From assembly GCA_041483175.1 (NCBI GenBank), contig JBGPFD010000001.1:1-47807 (forward strand): a DNA stretch of 47,807 nucleotides, in the 5' to 3' direction. This stretch comes from Thermoanaerobaculia bacterium (GTDB taxonomy: Bacteria; Acidobacteriota; Thermoanaerobaculia; Gp7-AA8). The translations under genes and the position numbers were made by a program. Shown piece by piece: positions 41,121-47,807 of the stretch. Below the pieces are notes generated by a model. The model did not search any database, was not told the DNA's origin, and was given only the letters and a program-made list of their open reading frames with translations. Position 1 is the stretch's first letter; every line of letters starts with the position of its first letter.

Positions 41121-43660
41121 ATCTGGATGGCCGCGTGCCGGGGCACCGGCGTCTCGGGCGGTTGCAGAAACGTCTTCTCCAGCATCGGGGCGGCGAGTGG
41201 AACGCTGATCAAAAAGCCCTGAATCTCGCGGCATCCGTGCTCCCGCAGAAACTCGCACTGCTCCTCGGTCTCCACGCCCTCCGCGACGGTGCGAAGCCCG
41301 AGCTGGTTGGCCACAAGGAGCACCGCTCTGACGATCGATTGATCGCTCGGCCTGGTGGTCACGTCGGCGACGAAGCTGCGGTCGACTTTGATCGTGTCGA
41401 CGGGGAACTGTTTCAGATAGCTCAGTGACGACTGCCCGGTTCCGAAATCGTCGATGGCGATACTGATCCCGATCTCGCGGAGGCGTCGAAGAATGCGCAG
41501 GCTGCGGTCGCTCTTCTGCACCGCCACGCTCTCCGTCAGCTCGAATTCAACCAGGCGCGGATCGAAACCGGTGCTCTTCAGGACTCGCTCGAACATTCCG
41601 ACGAAGTCGCGCTGATAGAGCTGCCGCGGTGAAACGTTAACCGCGATGCGCGGAGAGCGGTAACCCTGCCGCTGCCACGCCACTCCCTGCTCGCACGACA
41701 TCCGCAGGACGAGCGCGCCGAGCGCGTTGACCAATCCGGTGTGCTCAGCGGCCGGGATGAATCCGCTCGGCGGGACGATGCCGCGTTCCGGATGATTCCA
41801 GCGAACGAGCGCCTCCACGCCGACGAGCTTCCGATCGTCGATGTTCACCTGCGGCTGGAACCAGACCACGAACTCCTCGCGCTCGATGGCACGCCGCAGC
41901 TCCTCTTCGATCGTCAGGCGGCCGACCGCAGGCCCCGCGCGGCTGCAGAGCTCGATGGCGTTGCCGCCCGTCGCTTTCACACGGTACATGGCGCCGTCGG
42001 CGTTGCGGATCAGCGCTTCGGGCGTGCCCCCGTCCGCCGGGTAGACGGCCACGCCAATGCTGGTGGTGATGTGGAGCTCGTCGTCGTCGACCAGGAAGGG
42101 GCGTACGACCTCTCCGAGGATCTTGCCGGCGATTGCCTGCGCAGCGCGTTCGCCGTCGACATCAGTGAGCAGGATGAGGAACTCGTCGCCGCCGACGCGC
42201 GCCACGGTATCGCCTTCCCGGAGCGTCTCCGTCAGGCGCGCGGCGACTTTCTTCAGCAGCGCGTCGCCGACACCGTGTCCGAGCGTGTCGTTGACAGCCT
42301 TCAAATCGTCGAGGTCGAGAAACATCACCGCGAGCTGCTGATTGCGCCGCGAAGCGAGCGCCAGCGCGATGACCAGACGATCGAGGAAGAGCGCGCGATT
42401 GGGAAGATCGGTGAGCGAGTCGTGGAAGGCCTTGTGGGAGATCTCTTCCTCGGCCCGTTTGCGGTCGGTGATATCCAGCAGAATGCCTTCCAGCGTCGGT
42501 TCGGCTTCCTCCTGCGCCGGAATGAGACGGACGTTTTCCAGCGCCCACACCGCCCCATCATTGCGATCGCGGAGCTCCACCTCTTCATTGACCACCGCGC
42601 CGTCGGCGTAGAGCCGCCGCATGACGGAGTCGCGATCGCGCGGATTCATGTAGGCAATCGCGCCGCGGTCGGCCAGGAACTGTTCGCGCGACTCGTACCG
42701 GAAGATTCGCGCGCAGGCGTCGTTGCAACTAATGATCTTGCCATCGGTCGAGGCGATGTAAACGCCGGCCAGATTGCGGTTGAACAGCAGCTCGTATCGT
42801 TCCTCCGAGCTCTTCAGCGCGCTCTGCGCGCGCCGACGCTCGGTAATCTCATGCATCAGCTCGCGCGCGCGTTCTTCGACACGATCCTCGAGCGTGCGAT
42901 TGAACGATTCCATCTCGCCGCGCGCTTCCGCCAGGCGGTCGAGCATGGTGTTGAACGATCGCGCGAGCTGCCCCACCTCATCCTGCGAATCAACATCGGC
43001 CCGGCTGGCCAGTGCTCCGGCGGCGATCTGCTCCGACGTCTGCGCGATGCGCTGCAGCGGCCCGGTGATGAGATTACTCAAGACGAAGACCGCCAGCACG
43101 GCAATGCCGAACACGATCAGCGTCACCAACGTCACCGTGGCCCGGCTTCGCGAGATTCCGTTCTGCACGCGGTCGAGCGAGAAGCCGATCACCAGCGTCC
43201 CCACCTGTTTTCCGCGATAGCGCACCGCGGTCGTCGTCTGGTAGACCTTGCCATCACCGGAAAACGACCCCTGCGTTTCGCTCGGCGTGCCGGTCGCCGT
43301 GCCGCCGAGGATCGGTGTGGAATGAACCGCGGCGGGCGGTTTTGCGAACGGGCCCGCAGAGGCGGCGACCAGCTCGTTGAAGCTGGCGAACACGTGCCCA
43401 TTTCGCTCGAGCAGCTCGTAGTAGACGAGATCGGGGTTCCTGCGCAGCGTGGCCAGCGCCTCGGCCACTGACACTCGATCGGGCGTCCGCAGCCCGGGAG
43501 CCAGGCTGATTGCCGTCACGTCGGTGACCACAGAGGCTTTCTGCGCCACCGAGTCGAGCGCCTGATGCTTCAGTGCCGCCGGAAAATAGACAAAGACCGC
43601 CGCGGAAACCAGCGCCAGGATGCCCGTCATCACCAGCGCTAGCTTGGTCCGGAGGTGCAT
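41117..43660 (-). CDS. Membrane sensor with HAMP, PAS, GGDEF and EAL domains (c-di-GMP synthase/phosphodiesterase).
   Basis: Two TM helices and HAMP (GPLQRIAQTSEQIAAG). PAS (YELLFNRNLAGVYIAS). An intact RVGGDEFLIL. An intact EAL domain (GVEALVRW, DDFGTG, KVDRSF). I chose ATG 43660 (MHLRTKL). Confidence 0.9.
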   Translation of the reverse strand: MHLRTKLALVMTGILALVSAAVFVYFPAALKHQALDSVAQKASVVTDVTAISLAPGLRTPDRVSVAEALATLRRNPDLVYYELLERNGHVFASFNELVAASAGPFAKPPAAVHSTPILGGTATGTPSETQGSFSGDGKVYQTTTAVRYRGKQVGTLVIGFSLDRVQNGISRSRATVTLVTLIVFGIAVLAVFVLSNLITGPLQRIAQTSEQIAAGALASRADVDSQDEVGQLARSFNTMLDRLAEARGEMESFNRTLEDRVEERARELMHEITERRRAQSALKSSEERYELLFNRNLAGVYIASTDGKIISCNDACARIFRYESREQFLADRGAIAYMNPRDRDSVMRRLYADGAVVNEEVELRDRNDGAVWALENVRLIPAQEEAEPTLEGILLDITDRKRAEEEISHKAFHDSLTDLPNRALFLDRLVIALALASRRNQQLAVMFLDLDDLKAVNDTLGHGVGDALLKKVAARLTETLREGDTVARVGGDEFLILLTDVDGERAAQAIAGKILGEVVRPFLVDDDELHITTSIGVAVYPADGGTPEALIRNADGAMYRVKATGGNAIELCSRAGPAVGRLTIEEELRRAIEREEFVVWFQPQVNIDDRKLVGVEALVRWNHPERGIVPPSGFIPAAEHTGLVNALGALVLRMSCEQGVAWQRQGYRSPRIAVNVSPRQLYQRDFVGMFERVLKSTGFDPRLVEFELTESVAVQKSDRSLRILRRLREIGISIAIDDFGTGQSSLSYLKQFPVDTIKVDRSFVADVTTRPSDQSIVRAVLLVANQLGLRTVAEGVETEEQCEFLREHGCREIQGFLISVPLAAPMLEKTFLQPPETPVPRHAAIQI

Positions 43661-43758
43661 CCGGGAAATGAATACCAACCGGGGGCGTTTCACTGTCCGA
43701 TCGATTAATCCTACTAGAATCGCGTTCGGCAGGCTGTGCGAATAACAGGTCCTTCCAT

Positions 43759-45576
43759 ATGGCACAAAAGCCCCGCGTTGCGGCAGTCGCTCTCACCGCT
43801 CTTTTCGTCGCCACGGCGGCCGCAGCGTCGACTATTACTGGAACCGTGTCGAATGAAACGCACGTCGTCCTGACCTCGATGGTCGTGGCCGCGTACGACA
43901 TGAACGGATCGCTGCAGGGGACGGCGACGACCGATTCCGCCGGCCACTACGTGCTCGAAATCCAGCCGGGCAATTACCGGATTCTGGCCTACGACCCCAA
44001 CGGATCGTTTGCCACCACATTCGACGGCGACGCCGACTCGTTCGACACCTCGCCGATCATCTCCGTCGCGGCGCAGCCCACCGTGCTCGATTTCGCACTC
44101 CGCCAGGGCGGGAACGTCACGGGAAAGGTCTTTGCGGCCAACAACAGGCCGCTCGCGCAGGCGACCGTCGCGGCGTACAACCTGTCGGGAACGAGGCGCA
44201 GCTTCGCGCAGTGCAACGACACGGGATCCTATTCGATCGTTCTTCCGCCCGGCCAATACAAAATCGTGGCGTACGACGATGCCGGATTCTTCGCTCCTCG
44301 CTTCTACCCCGATCTGTACGGCTTCAACGACGCCTCCCCGGTGACGATCACCGCCGGCGGTACGACCGCCGGCAAGGACATTCATCTCGAATTTGCCGCG
44401 CACCTCGGGGGAACCGTCACCGACTCTGATAGCGGTGCGAACCTGGCCCGAATGACGGTGTACGCGTATGACAACACCGGAACGAACGTCGCCCAGGCGA
44501 CCACGAACAGCAACGGGCAATTCGTGCTGAATGTACCGAGCGGCTCGTTCCGCCTGGTGGCCACGGATGGCAATCTCGTCTACGCGACGGGATATCTCGG
44601 CGATACGCAATCGTTCGATCAGTCGCTGGCCGTCTCAGTCGCCTCGGCTCAGAGCCGTCTCGGCATGGAAATCCCTCTGCACCGCGGTGGCACCGTCACG
44701 GGACGAGTGACCGGCAGTGGCGGAGCGCTGCTCCCAAACATCGCCGTGGCCGCCTACAACCCCGACGGATCCCAACGAATCGCCACGCATACCGATGGCT
44801 CGGGTGCCTACAAGCTCGTCCTTTCCGGTGGAGCCTTTCGGCTTGCCGCGTTCGATGAGCAGCTCACCTACGCAACGCAGTTCTATCCGACGCAAAACAC
44901 ATTTCGCGCGGCGACTGACATTTTGGTCACTCCGCCGGCAACGATCGATTCGATCGACTTCGCGCTGATTCACGGCGCAAAGATCAGCGGAACAGTGACC
45001 GAGTCGGGAACCGGCGTGACTGCGTTCGCGGTCAGCGTCGCGGCATACGATGAGGCTGGTGATGCCGTGAATAGCACCATCACCAGCGCAACAGGCAACT
45101 ACATCCTGGTGGTGCCGCCGGGAACCTACAAAGTCGTGGCCTTCGACATGGCGCTGCGGTACGCCACGGCCTACGGTGGCGGCGAGCCGAACTACGAAGC
45201 CGCGGCGGTCTACACCGTGAACAGCGATCGGCCCGAGACGCTGAATTTCACGGTCACGCGCGGGGTACGGGTGGGCGGAAGCGTGACCGACGCGGCGAGT
45301 CTCCCGCTCTCCGGCATCGAGATCCGAGCGCTCGACCTCGCCGGAAATCGAGTGGCCACCACCATGGCCACCGCCGGGGGCTTCACCCTGGTCCTGATCC
45401 CCGGCAGTTACAAGCTGCTGGCCGCCGACCTGCTCGCACACTATGGTAATATTTACTATAGCAGCTCGGTCACATTCGGAGGCGCGACGACTGTCATCGT
45501 ACAGTTCGGAGCGCCGGTTCCTCCCATCAGTTTCATGCTGTCGCCGCACTTGCGCCGGCGAGCGGCTCCGCACTGA
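43759..45576 (+). CDS. Secreted protein made of six tandem CarboxypepD_reg-like (Ig-like beta-sandwich) repeats.
   Basis: It has a signal peptide. Repeats of about 92 to 100 aa start near residues 27, 118, 217, 310, 408 and 505. Each shows G(T/K/S)V(T/F)...TD..G.Y.L.(L/V).PG.Y(K/R)(I/L/V)(L/V)A.D. Confidence 0.7.
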   Translation: MAQKPRVAAVALTALFVATAAAASTITGTVSNETHVVLTSMVVAAYDMNGSLQGTATTDSAGHYVLEIQPGNYRILAYDPNGSFATTFDGDADSFDTSPIISVAAQPTVLDFALRQGGNVTGKVFAANNRPLAQATVAAYNLSGTRRSFAQCNDTGSYSIVLPPGQYKIVAYDDAGFFAPRFYPDLYGFNDASPVTITAGGTTAGKDIHLEFAAHLGGTVTDSDSGANLARMTVYAYDNTGTNVAQATTNSNGQFVLNVPSGSFRLVATDGNLVYATGYLGDTQSFDQSLAVSVASAQSRLGMEIPLHRGGTVTGRVTGSGGALLPNIAVAAYNPDGSQRIATHTDGSGAYKLVLSGGAFRLAAFDEQLTYATQFYPTQNTFRAATDILVTPPATIDSIDFALIHGAKISGTVTESGTGVTAFAVSVAAYDEAGDAVNSTITSATGNYILVVPPGTYKVVAFDMALRYATAYGGGEPNYEAAAVYTVNSDRPETLNFTVTRGVRVGGSVTDAASLPLSGIEIRALDLAGNRVATTMATAGGFTLVLIPGSYKLLAADLLAHYGNIYYSSSVTFGGATTVIVQFGAPVPPISFMLSPHLRRRAAPH

Positions 45577-45610
45577 GGAGCTGCGGCGTGGCCGCGCTCG
45601 GCGGACCCGC

Positions 45611-45616
45611 TATAAT
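45611..45616 (+). promoter_or_regulatory. Candidate -10 box (TATAAT) 15 nt upstream of the cyclase ATG.
   Basis: ccgcTATAATcgaaggcctccacatATG. Confidence 0.3.
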
Positions 45617-45631
45617 CGAAGGCCTCCACAT

Positions 45632-47290
45632 ATGGAATCGCTCCAGATCCATTACGTCGACCTCGGCGTCCAGCGGTTGGCCGACCTCAACGGAGAGATG
45701 TCCATCGGCCGCACCGAGGGGAACGATCTCGTCCTCAACCACCCCTCGGTATCGCGCAAGCATGCCCGTCTCGAGTTGCGCAACGAGGTGTGGTGGGTCG
45801 TCGATCTGAAATCGACCAACGGCGTCAAGGTGAACGGCAATCTGGTCACCGAGGCGCAGATCAATCCGGGCGACCAGATCTCTATCGGCTCGGTGCAGCT
45901 CGAGCTCAAACCGCAGCCCTCCGTGAATTTTAGCAACGAGTCGATGTTCGACAATCCATCGGGAACGGTCATTCGCCGGATCGCCGATTTCAATTCGGAG
46001 TTCGGCCTCGATCTCGGCGAGGCGGCCAAGCCGATCCCGCGGATTCCCTCCGAGCCGGGGCTGAAAAAAACCGAGGCCGAGGTCTCACGCGAAAAAATCT
46101 TCCAGGTGCTGGTGCAAGTGGCGAAGGCGCTGCTGCAGAGCGACGACCTCAATAGCCTGCTCAACACGGTCATGGCGATGATCTTCAAGTACCTGCCGGT
46201 CGAGCGCGGGCTGCTGATTCTGTTCGACGACGAAGGCAACCCGGTGCCGAAAGTCACCAAGTTCATCGAGGGGGCGGACGCCACCGACATCCCGATCTCC
46301 CGCACGATCCTGAAGATGGTCGCCCAGCAGCAGATCGCGCTGATGACCTCCAACGCCCTCGAGGACGCGCGGCTGCTCGGCGGCAAATCGATCGCCATTC
46401 ATGGGATTCGCTCGGCGATGTGCTGCCCGCTGTGGAATCGGAACCGGGTGATCGGCGCGGTGCAGGTCGACTCGCCGATCCACATCGGCCGCTTCACGGA
46501 GGAGGACCTCGACCTGCTCACCGCGCTAGCTAATTTCGCCGCCGTGGCCATCGAGCGCGCGCAGCTCTCGGAAAAAGTGGAACAGGAGCAGAAGATCCGC
46601 GCACGCATGGAGCGCTATCACTCCCCCGCCGTCGTCGACGAGATCGTCAAGGGATCCATCTCCACCGACGAGGGCGAGGTTCGCAACGCCGATCTGTCGA
46701 TCCTCTTCGCCGACATCTCCGGGTTCACCGCCGTGTCGGAAACGAAGAAACCGGAAGAAGTCGCCGAGTTTCTGTCGCACTTTTTCTCGTGCGCGGTGGA
46801 ATCGATCTTCGCCTACGGCGGCACGCTCGATAAATTCATCGGCGACGCGGTGATGGCTTTCTTCGGCGCGCCCCTTCCGCAGGAGGATCACGCCGACCGC
46901 GCCGTGCTCACCGGCCTCATGCTTCAGCGGCTGGTCGCCGAGTGGAACGAGGAGCGCGAGAAGAGCAGCCTGCCGCTGGTCCGCGTGCGGGTGGGCATCA
47001 ACAGCGGCCCCGCGGTCGTTGGGAACGTCGGCACGGAGAAACGCGTCGACTATACGGTGCTCGGAAGCTCCGTCAACATCGCCTCGCGCCTCGAGAGCAG
47101 CGTGGCCAAGCCGGGGCAGGTAGTCATCTCCCAGAACACTCTGGATCGCATCATCGGTAGTTTCAACACCGAACCGCTCGGCGAGTTCGCCTTGCGCGGG
47201 CTGCAACAGAAGATGCCGGTCTTCGCCGTCATCGGCAGCGGCGAACAGATGAAGACCTCGCCGCAGACACTCCAGGCGACCAGGGTGTAG
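45632..47290 (+). CDS. FHA-GAF-class III adenylate/guanylate cyclase.
   Basis: The FHA part is MSIGRTEGNDLVLNHPSVSRKHARLEL...DLKSTNGVKVNG. A central GAF-like region follows. The cyclase motifs are ILFADISGFTAVSE, KFIGDAVMAFFGAP and YTVLGSSVNIASRLES. I chose ATG 45632, because the track ORF start overlaps the previous gene. Confidence 0.85.
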   Translation: MESLQIHYVDLGVQRLADLNGEMSIGRTEGNDLVLNHPSVSRKHARLELRNEVWWVVDLKSTNGVKVNGNLVTEAQINPGDQISIGSVQLELKPQPSVNFSNESMFDNPSGTVIRRIADFNSEFGLDLGEAAKPIPRIPSEPGLKKTEAEVSREKIFQVLVQVAKALLQSDDLNSLLNTVMAMIFKYLPVERGLLILFDDEGNPVPKVTKFIEGADATDIPISRTILKMVAQQQIALMTSNALEDARLLGGKSIAIHGIRSAMCCPLWNRNRVIGAVQVDSPIHIGRFTEEDLDLLTALANFAAVAIERAQLSEKVEQEQKIRARMERYHSPAVVDEIVKGSISTDEGEVRNADLSILFADISGFTAVSETKKPEEVAEFLSHFFSCAVESIFAYGGTLDKFIGDAVMAFFGAPLPQEDHADRAVLTGLMLQRLVAEWNEEREKSSLPLVRVRVGINSGPAVVGNVGTEKRVDYTVLGSSVNIASRLESSVAKPGQVVISQNTLDRIIGSFNTEPLGEFALRGLQQKMPVFAVIGSGEQMKTSPQTLQATRV

Positions 47291-47335
47291 TGGGGCTCTC
47301 AGCCCGTCGGCGGCCTGAGAGGCCGCCGCTCCACT
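47289..47335. repeat. REP-like double-hairpin element (diverged family member), directly after the cyclase stop.
   Basis: Hairpins gggc-tctca-gccc and ggcggcc-tgaga-ggccgcc, with outer stem agtgg/ccact. The architecture and the first loop are the same as at 26882 and 29586. Confidence 0.7.
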
Positions 47336-47373
47336 CGGGATGACATCGGCAGACGAATCCGTTGCACGCCTTG

Positions 47374-47807
47374 ATGAAGACGTTTCGCATCATCGCGCAA
47401 CCGCTGCTTCTCGCGGTCGCGCTCGCCCTGGTGGCGCGCGGCGCGGTGCGACTCTACTCCATTCCGAGCCTGTCGATGGACCCGACGCTGCGCGTCGGCG
47501 ATCACATCCTGGTCACTCCGTATCACCGCGCTCTTCCCTGGCGCGGTGACGTCGTCGTCTTTCGCTCACCGGCAAACCGCGGCGAGCTGTTCGTCAAACG
47601 GATCGTGGCCGTGCCAGGCGATCTGGTGGAAAGCCGCGCCGGACGCCTGGTCATCTGCGGGCACGCCCTCGCTGAGCCGTACGTGCTCGCGCAGGCAACC
47701 ACCGGCGCCATTCCGTCGCAGATCGTTCCCGCCGATTCGTATTTCGTTCTTGGCGACAACCGCGCCAACTCGTTTGACAGCCGCGAGTGGGGCATCCTGC
47801 CGCGCGC
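47374..47807 (+). CDS. lepB: Signal peptidase I (N-terminal part; the gene runs off the window end).
   Basis: My translation from ATG 47374 gives MKTFRIIAQPLLLAVALALVARGAVRLYSIPSLSMDPTLRVGDHILV...VKRIVAVPGD...FVLGDNRANSFDSREWG. The S26 catalytic Ser motif and the GDNRxxSxDSR box are both present. It is not in the ORF track because there is no stop in the window. Confidence 0.85.
   Translation, partial: MKTFRIIAQPLLLAVALALVARGAVRLYSIPSLSMDPTLRVGDHILVTPYHRALPWRGDVVVFRSPANRGELFVKRIVAVPGDLVESRAGRLVICGHALAEPYVLAQATTGAIPSQIVPADSYFVLGDNRANSFDSREWGILPR

Noticed and set aside
41741-43471. 576-aa plus-strand ORF. The same applies to 31039..32484, 34339..35718, 24822..25616, 28123..29079, 11477..12583, 16061..17241, 17456..18550, 8162..8806 and 5805..6494.
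   Set aside because: All lie opposite genes with unambiguous domain signatures (GGDEF-EAL, kinases, protease, MTHFR, PBP1A, nth/hutU, DUF2207, moaA, DUF1385, methyltransferase). Their translations are low-complexity and Arg/Pro/Ala-rich.
45440-45475. AT-rich stretch tatggtaatatttactatagc near the end of the CarboxypepD_reg gene, considered as a promoter for the cyclase.
   Set aside because: It encodes a Tyr/Asn/Ile-rich peptide (HYGNIYYSS), which forces AT-rich codons. The TATAAT at 45611 is a better-placed candidate.

Overview
GC-rich (about two-thirds G+C by eye) bacterial chromosomal segment. Gene content (DUF1573, PEGA-domain kinase, CarboxypepD_reg repeat protein) and the GC-rich hairpin repeat families suggest an Acidobacteriota-like origin; this is inference only. 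I call about 45 protein-coding genes and see no rRNA, tRNA, CRISPR, transposase, integrase or phage genes. Housekeeping blocks are mpl / long Gre-factor / ferredoxin; rpmE-DUF1385-prfA-methyltransferase; PiT with its DUF47 partner; mazG-yidD; nth; hutU; flavin reductase-esterase-moaA; a homocysteine S-methyltransferase/MTHFR fusion; PBP1A; lepB. Two accessory modules stand out. (1) 29651..36876 (-) is a six-gene, translationally coupled Ser/Thr phospho-signalling operon: PP2C phosphatase, trypsin-like protease-TM-FHA fusion, Zn-ribbon FHA protein, kinase-FHA fusion, kinase-TM-PEGA, periplasmic TPR protein. (2) 37002..41120 (+) is a compact synthase-dependent exopolysaccharide operon: TPR/putative beta-barrel, PilZ-less cellulose-synthase-like GT2, membrane-anchored GH26 hydrolase. 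It abuts a HAMP-PAS-GGDEF-EAL protein, a secreted protein with six CarboxypepD_reg repeats and an FHA-GAF-nucleotidyl cyclase. In the non-coding space the most unusual signal is a recurring class of locus-specific heptanucleotide tandem arrays. They are usually arranged as inverted arrays that fold into 60-100 nt hairpins directly against start codons. There are also several GC-rich REP/MITE-like hairpin families at gene ends, a SAM-II-like riboswitch candidate with its own terminator, a histidine-kinase gene relic, and a 42-nt AT-rich codon patch inside hutU. Many long ORFs in the track are antisense shadows of real genes, as expected at this GC content, and were rejected.
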